Positions 39,741 to 48,676 of a DNA stretch of 64,000 nt are shown in pieces; the stretch's first letter is position 1, and every line of letters begins with the position of its first letter. The DNA is taken from the NCBI GenBank assembly GCA_963665845.2, contig OY762492.1:2880001-2944000 (forward strand). Reading direction: 5' to 3'. This DNA comes from Candidatus Poribacteria bacterium (GTDB lineage Bacteria; Poribacteria; WGA-4E; GCA-2687025). The position numbers were made by a program, and so were the translations under genes. The notes under the pieces were generated by a model. It was not told the origin of the DNA. It was given only the letters and a program-made list of their open reading frames with translations, and made no database searches.

Positions 39741-40035
39741 GGGCGCGCCTCTGGATTCCCCCTTGAAAAGGGGCGCGCCTCTGGATTCCCCCCTTGAAAA
39801 GGGGCGCGCCTCTGGATTCCCCCCTTGAAAAGGGGGGCTAGGGGGGTTTAAGGCGCGGAAAGCGCCTGCGGCGCCGAAGATTCCCGCTTACGCGGGAATG
39901 ACGAAATGGGGGGCGCCTCTGGATTCCCGCTTGCGCGGGAATGCATGCCCTCGCGGAAGCGGGGGACGGGGAGAGGAGTCGGAATGCATGCCCTCGCGAG
40001 CATGTCCTCGTGAAAACGGGGAAGCGGGGGACGAT
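39741..40035. repeat. Mosaic repeat cluster between convergent genes
   Basis: GGGCGCGCCTCTGGATTCCCCCTTGAAAA x3, two dRS3 palindromes, single and nested 22-nt inserts. Confidence 0.85.
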
Positions 40036-40039
40036 GATG

Positions 40040-41056
40040 TCAGTCGTATTCGTTCAAATAGGCGCATGTCAGCTGGATGATCTGCTCAACGTCGTTCAGG
40101 TTGACGACTTCAGTTGAGCTGTGCATATACCGGCAAGGGACGCTGACGACGCTGACCGGCATTCCGCCGCGCTGCGTGGAGGCGGCGTCCGCGTCGGTGT
40201 GCGTTCTCCCCGTTTCCGTTTCAACCTGCCATGGGATGTCATGTTTTTCGGCGGTGGCGCGGAGCCGTTCGAAGATGCGCTGGCTTGTTCGGACGCCGCG
40301 AATGAGAACAGGTCCGCCGCCCAGTTTCACTTCTCCGCGCTTCGCAGCGGAGGTGGACGGATAGTCGGTCGCCCAGGTCACATCGAACGCGATCGCTTCG
40401 ACAGGTTCTCCATCGTATGCGGCTTGCCCTGCGCCGAGTCCGCCCGTCTCTTCTTGAACGGAGGAGACGGCTAAGACGGAGGCGCGCGGCGGTCCGTTTT
40501 CGCTGAGTCGGCGGATCGTTTCCGCGGCGATGTAGCACCCGATGCGGTTGTCGAAATTGCGCGCGGCGGCGAGTTCGTTCGGCAGGTCAAGCCAGCCTTC
40601 GCCGACCACGATCGGGTCTCCCAGCTCCACATGGTTCATCGCTTCGTCGCGGTCTTTGGCGCCGATGTCGATGAAAATTTCCTCGATGGCGGGATCGGGC
40701 TTTCCGCCGGCGAAGGTTCCGACGATGCCGCGGACAATGCCGTTTCGCCCGACAATCTGAACCCGCTGCGATTGCAGCAGATGTCTCGGCAAACCGCCGA
40801 CCGTTGCCGCTTTCAAAAAGCCGTTTCCTTCGATATGTTTCACGATCATGCCGATTTCGTCCATGTGTCCGATCAGCATAACCGCGTCGTTCAGCTCTCC
40901 GCGCAGGGAGGCGGTCAAGGCGCCGTGCGTGTGTTGCCGGACGCTGTCCGCATGCGGTTCGACATACTCGCGCCAGACCTGCTGCGCGTTCTCTTCGTAG
41001 CCGGAGATGCCGGGTTCCGCCATGAGACGTTTTAAAAATTGTAAAGATTCAGACAT
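40040..41056 (-). CDS. M42 family metallopeptidase
   Basis: GISGYE, GHMDEIG, FDNRIG, VQEETG, DVT, TDAD, RYMHS. Confidence 0.92.
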   Translation of the reverse strand: MSESLQFLKRLMAEPGISGYEENAQQVWREYVEPHADSVRQHTHGALTASLRGELNDAVMLIGHMDEIGMIVKHIEGNGFLKAATVGGLPRHLLQSQRVQIVGRNGIVRGIVGTFAGGKPDPAIEEIFIDIGAKDRDEAMNHVELGDPIVVGEGWLDLPNELAAARNFDNRIGCYIAAETIRRLSENGPPRASVLAVSSVQEETGGLGAGQAAYDGEPVEAIAFDVTWATDYPSTSAAKRGEVKLGGGPVLIRGVRTSQRIFERLRATAEKHDIPWQVETETGRTHTDADAASTQRGGMPVSVVSVPCRYMHSSTEVVNLNDVEQIIQLTCAYLNEYD

Positions 41057-41087
41057 ATTGTTCTTTCTAAAAATGGACGGCGCCGTT

Positions 41088-42161
41088 TCACATTCTCTGC
41101 AGAATCGCGTCCGTCATCTCTTGCGTTCCGCAGGTTTTCATTCCTTTTTGGGCGATGTCGGCGGTGCGGTAACCGTCTTCCAGCGCCTGATCAACCGCGT
41201 CTTCGATGGCGCGCGCCTCATCGCGCAGACTGAAGGAGCGCCTGAGCATCATCGCGGCGGAGAGTATCATGGCGATCGGGTTCGCCTTGTCCTGACCGGC
41301 GATGTCCGGCGCCGTTCCATGCACCGGTTCATAAAGGGCGGCGCGCCCAGAGCCGACGCTGGCGGACGGCAGCATACCCAAGGAGCCGGCGAGCGCGCCC
41401 GCCTCGTCCGAAAGTATGTCGCCGAAAATGTTGCCTGTCACAAGCACATCAAACCGCCTCGGTTGCGAGATAAGGGCAAGCGCGGCGGCGTCGATCAGCA
41501 GATGATCCAGTTTCACGCCGGGATATTCGTCGGCAAGCTGCGCCGTCGTTTCGCGCCATAGCCGAGACGTTTCCAGCATATTCGCTTTGTCGATGGAGGT
41601 GAGGCGTCCGCTGCGCTCTTTTGCGAGTTCAAATGCCGCCCTTGCGACCCTCTCGATTTCCGCTTTGGTGTAGATCATCGTGTTGTATCCGCGCGTTTCT
41701 CCGTTCTCGGTGGAGATGCCGCGCGGCTCACCGTAGTAAAGTCCGCCGGTGAGTTCGCGGACGATGAGCATATCGATGCCGCCGCCGATGAGGCGGTTTT
41801 TAACAGGCAGTATGGGGGCGAGCGTTTTTCGTCCGCGCACGGGGCGCAGGTTGACGAACAGGTCCATCTCTTTTCGGAGTTGGGCGAGGGCGCGTTCGGG
41901 GCGTTTTTCAGGGGAGGCGTTGTCCCATTTGGGTCCGCCGGCGGCTCCGAAGAGTATGATTTCGGCGTCAAGGCAAAGATCAAGCGTTTCGTCCGGGAGA
42001 GGTACTCCGACCGCGTCGATGGCGCAGCCGCCTAGGAGGGCGCATTCGTATTGGAACTTGAGACGGCTCCGTTTCTGGACGGCGTCTAAGACCTGGACGG
42101 CGGCTCGCATGACCTCTTCGCCGATGCCGTCGCCTGGAATGAGAACGATGCGCATATCCAT
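41088..42161 (-). CDS. leuB: 3-isopropylmalate dehydrogenase
   Basis: PGDGIG, GGPKW, VRELTGGLYYG, DKANML, NIFGDILSDE, EPVHGTAPDIAG. Confidence 0.96.
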   Translation of the reverse strand: MDMRIVLIPGDGIGEEVMRAAVQVLDAVQKRSRLKFQYECALLGGCAIDAVGVPLPDETLDLCLDAEIILFGAAGGPKWDNASPEKRPERALAQLRKEMDLFVNLRPVRGRKTLAPILPVKNRLIGGGIDMLIVRELTGGLYYGEPRGISTENGETRGYNTMIYTKAEIERVARAAFELAKERSGRLTSIDKANMLETSRLWRETTAQLADEYPGVKLDHLLIDAAALALISQPRRFDVLVTGNIFGDILSDEAGALAGSLGMLPSASVGSGRAALYEPVHGTAPDIAGQDKANPIAMILSAAMMLRRSFSLRDEARAIEDAVDQALEDGYRTADIAQKGMKTCGTQEMTDAILQRM

Positions 42162-42232
42162 AAAGGTCTCCCGTTTTGACAACGCCGATACGATACCGCC
42201 TTTTAACCAAAAAAGCAACGGCGCATGCGTCA

Positions 42233-42365
42233 GGGCAGTACGCCCATAGGGATATTCGCGGCGCCGCATCCGATTCCCCCCTTGAAAAGGGGGGCTAGGG
42301 GGGTTTTCCACGGGGCGGATGGCGCCTGGTATGGCTAAGATTCCCGCTTACGCGGGAATGACGAC
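42233..42365. repeat. CCCCCTTGAAAAGGGGG hairpin unit plus dRS3 palindrome
   Basis: Intact version of the unit interrupted by IS1595 at 47350 (GGCAGTACGC..GGATATT.GCGGCGCCGC.TCCGATTCCCCC). Confidence 0.8.
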
Positions 42366-42385
42366 GCGCGAGGGTTCGTTTCTGC

Positions 42386-43141
42386 TTAAGCCTCTGACGA
42401 TTCCTGCTCGGCGCTGTCCGCTTTCTTTTCTATGCGGAAGGAGGCGGCTATTAGCCCGGCGTACGCCGCAATCAGCGCCGCCCAAAGCGCCCATTCGGGG
42501 ATCAACGGCGCGGCAGACGCCTCAAAATAACGGCGCGCGATGATAAAGACGGAGAGCAGCGGCATGAACGCCGCCGCTTTATACGCCTCGCGGAGCGGTT
42601 CCGAGCCGAGGGGTACCGACCGTCGGCAGAGCCAGTAAGCGAATCCGATCAACGCCAACAGCAGCGCGCCGAGCAGAAACGGAAGAGACCTGCCAAAAAA
42701 GGAGTTCTCAAGCGGGACGAGAAATGCGAGCGGAAAGGAGAGAGACGCCAACCCTACGGTCGCCGCCGCGAGAGACGCGCCTCCTAAATCGTCTTCCTCC
42801 TCTATCTCTTTAAACTTTTGAAACGCCTCCCCGACAGCCCCGCCCGCGAAGAGCGTCCAGACCGCTGTGAACATAAATGTCGATAGCGAATCCGACCAAA
42901 ACAGCATGGTGATCGCCCCGAATCCGACGAAGACATCCCACGTCCAATGTACAGATTTGATACGCGCTACCGCTGTTGCCAAGAGGATGATCGCGCCCGC
43001 TGTAACCCCGAATCCAACCGCAACGTCGCTCGCTAGTACATCGAATGGAATGAGCGCGTCCAAGCCCGGCGCTATAAAGGCGATTGCGGCGAAACCGAAC
43101 GCTATTAAGATGATCAGCAGCGCGACCAATACGATCCCCAT
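42386..43141 (-). CDS. Hypothetical integral membrane protein
   Basis: About 8 hydrophobic segments; RBS GGGAGGG. Confidence 0.7.
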   Translation of the reverse strand: MGIVLVALLIILIAFGFAAIAFIAPGLDALIPFDVLASDVAVGFGVTAGAIILLATAVARIKSVHWTWDVFVGFGAITMLFWSDSLSTFMFTAVWTLFAGGAVGEAFQKFKEIEEEDDLGGASLAAATVGLASLSFPLAFLVPLENSFFGRSLPFLLGALLLALIGFAYWLCRRSVPLGSEPLREAYKAAAFMPLLSVFIIARRYFEASAAPLIPEWALWAALIAAYAGLIAASFRIEKKADSAEQESSEA

Positions 43142-43167
43142 GGAACCCTCCCGCGTTTGAGTTGCCG

Positions 43168-44163
43168 CTACTCCGCACGCCTCTCCCAAGGCAACTGGAT
43201 GTCAAGCGTCCGCGCCGTCTCTTCCAGCCGGCGCCGGTGATGTTCTCCAAACGGGACGCCCTCTTGTTTCCAGAGACGCTCGCGATGCGATTCAAGACCG
43301 CCCGGCATGAAGCATTCATCGAACCGCTCCACCGGCTCCAGCCGTTTCACATCTCGAATATAGGCGTCCATATGCCGCTTGAACTCTGCAGGCTCCGCAA
43401 ACAGATCGATGCGGAACGCGATGAGCAGCGCGCCTTGATTCGCGCCCGTCCATTTGCGGTCTTCAGGCGGCGCGCCGTATGGAACACCCGCCAAAAAACC
43501 GCCCCATGACTGACATATGCCGCCCAGCCCGACGCCTCTAAAGACAACCGCCGGCGCCAGCAGCGAGATCGCCTTTCGGTGAACGTCGCCTTCGTAGCAG
43601 TCATGTATCGCGCCGAAGTCCACGACGAGGCTCTCCTCCTCTCCCGCGGGAGAGCTGAACGACATCGGCGATCCGCCCGCCGCTGTCACATACGGCCTGC
43701 CGGGAGAGAGCGACATCTGATGCCCCGACGTGACGAAGGCGAGCAGGTCATGCCCCAGCGTCAGCCGCGTGTAGATTCCGGCGGCGCCGAAATGCCCATG
43801 GTTGCCTGTAGAGAGAACGCCGATCCCGTTCTCCAGCGCCTTTTCGATAACGCGCAGGGTTCCCTCATACGCGGGAAAGTAGCCCAGCCCGCCGTCCCCG
43901 TCCATCTGTAGACTGGTCGGCGTTTCTCGGACGGGGCGCAGGTTCGGCGCTGGATTTAGCTGTCCGCTTGTGAACTGGCTCGCGTAGGCTGCCATTTGCT
44001 GCGTGCCGTGGCTGAAGACGCCGCGCGCGTCGTTCGTCGCCAGCAGCCGCGCCAGAAGAGACGCCTGCTGTTCAGGCATTCCAGCGGCGCGCCCGATGAG
44101 CGACGCGCCGCTTTCCAGCTGCTCATACGGAATGCGCGCGTCCGTTTTGGGAGGCGTATTCAC
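43168..44163 (-). CDS. Ldh_2 (malate/L-lactate/ureidoglycolate dehydrogenase-like) oxidoreductase
   Basis: DARGVFSHG, DGDGGLG, NHGHFGAAGIY, MPGG.E. Confidence 0.85.
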   Translation of the reverse strand: MNTPPKTDARIPYEQLESGASLIGRAAGMPEQQASLLARLLATNDARGVFSHGTQQMAAYASQFTSGQLNPAPNLRPVRETPTSLQMDGDGGLGYFPAYEGTLRVIEKALENGIGVLSTGNHGHFGAAGIYTRLTLGHDLLAFVTSGHQMSLSPGRPYVTAAGGSPMSFSSPAGEEESLVVDFGAIHDCYEGDVHRKAISLLAPAVVFRGVGLGGICQSWGGFLAGVPYGAPPEDRKWTGANQGALLIAFRIDLFAEPAEFKRHMDAYIRDVKRLEPVERFDECFMPGGLESHRERLWKQEGVPFGEHHRRRLEETARTLDIQLPWERRAE

Positions 44164-44169
44164 GGCGCT

Positions 44170-46113
44170 TTACCGCCGCCACTGCTGGTTGTCGGGCTGC
44201 GGCGGGCGTATCAGAACCTGCTGCCCTTCGCTAATGCCGGAGACAATCTGATAGAAACCGTCGTTTTTCATGCCGACCTGAATGGGCGTTTTCTTTTCGC
44301 CGCCGTTTCCTCCTTCGCTGTCGCTTTCCGGTTTTCCGTTACCGCCGGGCGCGCTGCCGGCGTTTGCCAGCTCCACATAAAACGCCTCTCCGCGCGAGAT
44401 CTCGCCGCTCAAACCGCGCAGCGTTTCGCCCGACGCGGTCGAGACCGCGATGTTGACCGTCCCGGCGCGCCAGCCGCGCGCCTCGCCTGTCAACACAAAA
44501 CGCGCCGCCCCGTCGTTCAACGACCGAACCAGCGCCTGCACGCCCTTGCCCATCTGCGTTTCAACCGTCACCGCTTCCCCAAACGTCAACTTCTGCATCT
44601 GTTCAGGCGTCAACTCCGAGCGCACCTCGTAGGTGTCGGTCTTGCTGACCGCCTCCAGCGGAACCTGAAGTATATCCTGCCAGTCCACCACAAAGATGTC
44701 CACATTCGCGGTCATGCCCGGCAACAGCTCCTTCGGCGACCCGACCAGCCGCACCTCCACCTCAAAACGAACGATGTTGTCGACCTGCTGTCCGTTCGGC
44801 GCGATGCGCAGCACCTCGCCTTCAAAGGTTTTGTTGCGGTAGGCGTCCACGCGAATCTCGGCGCGCTGCCCGACCTCCATCCGCCCCATGTCCACCTCGT
44901 TGACGCCGACGCGCACAATCATCTGCGTCAGGTCTTCGATGGTCATGATCGGCGGGCTTTGGGCGAAGGCGCTGCGTCCGGAGGTTACAATCTCCCCCTG
45001 CTCCACAACAAGGTTCGTCACGGTGCCGTTGATCGGAGCCGTCAGCGTCGTCCATTCTTTGCGCTGGTTCGCCGTTTCCAGAGAGCTTTTATTGCGGAGA
45101 ACGGAGGCTTGCGCCGTTTTTTCAGACAACGCCGCCATGTTCTTTTCCGCGTCAATGTTGCTCTGCGCCTCCTCTAGACGCGACTTGGAGCTGGCGAGGT
45201 TCGCTTCCGCCTGCCGCTCCGCCGCGTCTCTGGAGGCTTTCAAGATTTCCAAATTCGCCTTTTCAAACTCAAGCCGCGTCTGGCTGGACTGGATGACCCG
45301 CTTCTGCGCTTCGATGGACGCCCGCTGCGATTCGACCGCCTTTTCCTGATTGCTCAGGTTGCGCTGGGCGCTCTCTAGGGACGCCTTGGCGGAGCTTTCC
45401 CGTTCCTGCGCATTTTCTAAGACGCTGAGGCTCACATACTTTTTCTCGTACAGCTCTTCGTTCCGCTTCAGCTCTTTCTGGGCGTTTTGGTACGCCAGCT
45501 GCGCCGACTCCAGCGACGTTTTCAGTTGGTTTTTGTTGATTTCGTACTGTTGAAGGGTGATCTCCGCCTGGTTGAGCGCGATACGGTCTCTCGCCAGCCC
45601 GTCTTCCGAAGTGGAGATGCCTGTTTCGGTCTGCGCCACCTCCCGAATCGTCGACTGCTTGCTCGACTCCAGCCCCGCCTGGGCGGAGCGCACATTTTCA
45701 ATTGCTTGCTGAAGCTCGGCGTCCAGACGCCGCCGCGTGACGCTTGTCTGCTCCTTCGCCCGTTCCAGCTGCGCCAGCGACGCCTCGTAATTTGCCGCCG
45801 CCTGATTCACCTGCTCATCGACCTGCTTCGGGTCGATCTCGATGAGAAGGTCGCCCGCTTTTACGCTGTCGCCGTCCTCCACATTGAGCGTCAGGATTTC
45901 CCCCTCCACGTTCGATTTCACTTCGACCGCGATGAGCGCCTCAAGCCGCCCCGATTCCTGCACTCGGACGACAAAGGGCGCCTTGCGCACCGCCTCGGCG
46001 CGCGCCTGTCCGCTCCGCGCCTCCGATTCGCCGCCGCATCCTGCCGCCGTTACAGATAAACCCGCGATACATACAGCCGCTAGCCATGCCGTTCGTTGTC
46101 TCATGTCGCTCAT
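44170..46113 (-). CDS. Efflux periplasmic adaptor (MacA/HlyD-like) with long coiled coil
   Basis: Lipobox AAGC; VKSNVEGEI..VEDGDSVKAGD, LTAPINGTV, LLPGMTANV. Confidence 0.88.
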   Translation of the reverse strand: MSDMRQRTAWLAAVCIAGLSVTAAGCGGESEARSGQARAEAVRKAPFVVRVQESGRLEALIAVEVKSNVEGEILTLNVEDGDSVKAGDLLIEIDPKQVDEQVNQAAANYEASLAQLERAKEQTSVTRRRLDAELQQAIENVRSAQAGLESSKQSTIREVAQTETGISTSEDGLARDRIALNQAEITLQQYEINKNQLKTSLESAQLAYQNAQKELKRNEELYEKKYVSLSVLENAQERESSAKASLESAQRNLSNQEKAVESQRASIEAQKRVIQSSQTRLEFEKANLEILKASRDAAERQAEANLASSKSRLEEAQSNIDAEKNMAALSEKTAQASVLRNKSSLETANQRKEWTTLTAPINGTVTNLVVEQGEIVTSGRSAFAQSPPIMTIEDLTQMIVRVGVNEVDMGRMEVGQRAEIRVDAYRNKTFEGEVLRIAPNGQQVDNIVRFEVEVRLVGSPKELLPGMTANVDIFVVDWQDILQVPLEAVSKTDTYEVRSELTPEQMQKLTFGEAVTVETQMGKGVQALVRSLNDGAARFVLTGEARGWRAGTVNIAVSTASGETLRGLSGEISRGEAFYVELANAGSAPGGNGKPESDSEGGNGGEKKTPIQVGMKNDGFYQIVSGISEGQQVLIRPPQPDNQQWRR

Positions 46114-46169
46114 ACGCGCCTCTCCATAGTTCTCTTACCAATTCATGACGTTCCAATGCGCCGAAAGGT

Positions 46170-47215
46170 TTAAACCGACGGCGCGCATCCGTACCTTTCC
46201 GCCTCCTCCATGACCTGCGCCCATGTCGTCTCGTCGATCCAGACGCCGTTTTCGGCGCGTTCCTTTTCGGCGCGCGCTTCAGGTTCGCCGGGCAGCAGGA
46301 TTTCGTCAAAACCTTCCGCCAGCCGCGTCTCCTTCAAGAAACGTCCGAGGCGCGACACGCCGCTTTGAAATTCGCCCAACGGACGAAAGGCGTCGATCTT
46401 GATCAGCAGGCAGAAGACGCCGTTACCGACATGCCCCTCCCTCTCGCGCACATTGCCCGCGCCGGTGAGCGTCCCCGCCAGCAGCTCGGCGAACAGCCCA
46501 AGCCCATAACCTTTATGCGCCGCCTGCCCCCCGAACGATAAGATCGCGCCGCGCGGCGGTCCGTAAAAATCGGCGGGATCGGTGGACGGCTTGCCTTCCA
46601 GGTCCAGTATCCACCCGGCAGGCAGCGGCTGATTCGCGTTTCGACGCGCCCGTATCTTTCCTTCCGCCGCGACGCTGGAGGTCATGTCGATGAGGACGGG
46701 GTCGCCCTCAGTCGGAAACGCGGCGCAGAACGGGTTCGTGCCGAGCCGCGGCTCTGAACCGCCATGAGGCGCGACCGCCGACGCAGAACCGGTGCTGTTG
46801 ACAACAATTAGCGCAAAACAGCCGCGCTTCGCCGCCAGATGCGCATAATGTCCAAGCCGACCGATATGGTTGCAGTCGCGGATGCCGAAGGAGACGGGCG
46901 CTCCTTTTTCGGCGCGCTCCAGCGTCTCGTTCAGCGCATGCGTCATGGAGACCTGCCCGAAATTCCAGTTGCCGTTATAGACGGCGGCGCCGTCCGCGTC
47001 CTGAACAATCTCCGTCGGCGCGCCAGCTGAATAAATCCTTTTCGTACCGCTTCGGCGTATTGCGGTATTCGGATCAGTCCGTGTGAGTCATGCCCCGTCA
47101 TGTTCGCCTGCGTCAACACATCCGCCACCGTTTGCGCCTCGTCTTTAGGCGCGCCGAGAGCCTCAAAGATGCGCGTCATGAGGTCATGGAGCTGATTGCG
47201 GGAGAGGTTTGGCAT
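46170..47215 (-). pseudogene. Ldh_2 family oxidoreductase with one frameshift near 47026
   Basis: 5' ORF GHDSHGLIRI; 3' ORF HIGRLGHY, GTNP, DMTSS, HKGYGL; adding 1 nt at CAG^CTGGC joins them. Confidence 0.8.
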
Positions 47216-47350
47216 GGCGCGTTTTTTCTAAAGCGGTATGATTGAGCGTTAGGATAGCGCGCGCGTCGGCGGAGCGCAAGCTTATCTTCTTGACGGCAGT
47301 ACGCTCATACGGGGATATTTGCGGCGCCGCGTCCGATTCCCCCTTGAAAA

Positions 47351-48377
47351 GGGGGCTATATTCCTAGATAGCCATTTGCTGTCGTTTCTCGCCGCCCTCT
47401 CCTTTCAGATCCGCAAAGGTGAGACGCTTGCCGACCATGCGCGGAATCAGTTTGCCGAGAGTGTCCAGGCTGTTGTCGATGCCAACATTGAACCGATACA
47501 TGAATTCGTTGACGTATAGACCCAGATGTTTAAACGACATGAAATGGTAAACGCCGCGGTACCCGCGTTTTAACACGGCCCAGAACGACTCGATGCTGTT
47601 GGTGTGAACATCGCCGCGAACATACTCGCCTTTCTGATGCTCCACAACCGCATGCGTGTATTCCAGCATGCCCCTGTAGGTCGGAAGAGCGTCGGTAAAA
47701 ATGGACGATCCGCGCGCCACATTCGCCCTTACAGCGTCATGCAGCGTTTTCTTTTTCATATTGTCCAGCAGAAACGCGCGGATCTCGCCGTTCCTTTGAC
47801 GCATGCCCATCACGGGCTGTTTGCCCCCGGTTCCGCTTCCGACGCGCAGGCGCTTCTTCTTATGCTTGTTTTTCTCCTGGTTCCGCCGATGTAGGTCTCG
47901 TCCATCTCCACGATGCCGCTTAGCATTTCGTCGTCGCTCACCATTGCGGCTCGAATGCGGTGGCCTAGGGACCATGCCGTCTTTTGCGTCGTTCCGATCT
48001 TTTTTGCCATCTCAACGCTGGAGATGCCCATGCGCGAGGTATGCATCAGGTAAATCGCTAGGACCCACTTGCGCAGCGCTAACCTGCTCTCCGCCATCAA
48101 GGTTTCGGTCCGGACGCTAAAATGCTTGCGGCAGGTTCGGCAGCGAAACGGCATCGGTTTCGCATTTTGGACGCGCATCGTGTTTTTGGAGCCGCATTTG
48201 GGACAGCATCTGCCGTCTGGCCAGCGATGCTGCTCAAAGAACCGCGCGGCTGCTTTCTCGTTTGGAATCTGCTCGAATAAATCGTAAAGGCTGCTAAACT
48301 GCATCGGATCGCTCCTTGTGCCATGACTAGCATGTATACTAGCGCGAAACGCGAGGTTAGTTAAGTAAGTAGTCCCC
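47351..48377 (-). mobile_element. IS1595-family element, copy 2 (1027 bp), transposase frameshifted near 47880
   Basis: Same TIRs as copy 1, inverted; ORFs 47810-48379 and 47364-47975 are the two halves. Confidence 0.92.
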
Positions 48378-48474
48378 AAGATGAAAGGATTCGTTCTTTG
48401 GAGAAAGCCGCATCATCCTTCCATCTTTTCAATCTTGCAAATCCTAGTTCAGGCAGCGCCGCGGAAACTTGCGT

Positions 48475-48503
48475 TTGACACCGCGCACATTTTAACCTAT
48501 CCT
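48475..48503 (+). promoter_or_regulatory. Sigma70-like promoter upstream of nrdJ
   Basis: TTGACA-17 bp-TATCCT. Confidence 0.55.
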
Positions 48504-48676
48504 GTATAGCGTACAGGCGCCGCTGCAAGCGCGCCGCCGTGTAATTGACGCATGCTTGCTTCGTTTTAGCGTATTTGCAGGGCAAGAGCAGAGCGGACTC
48601 TTGACAAAACTAGGATTTGTCCGCAGCAGGAATCGTCAAAGCAAGACAAACAACGGCTTTGGCTTAGGAGTCCGTC

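Noticed and set aside
48500-48676. NrdR boxes or cobalamin riboswitch before nrdJ
   Set aside because: Only a weak palindrome (ACAAAACTAGGATTTGT); no convincing consensus match by eye.
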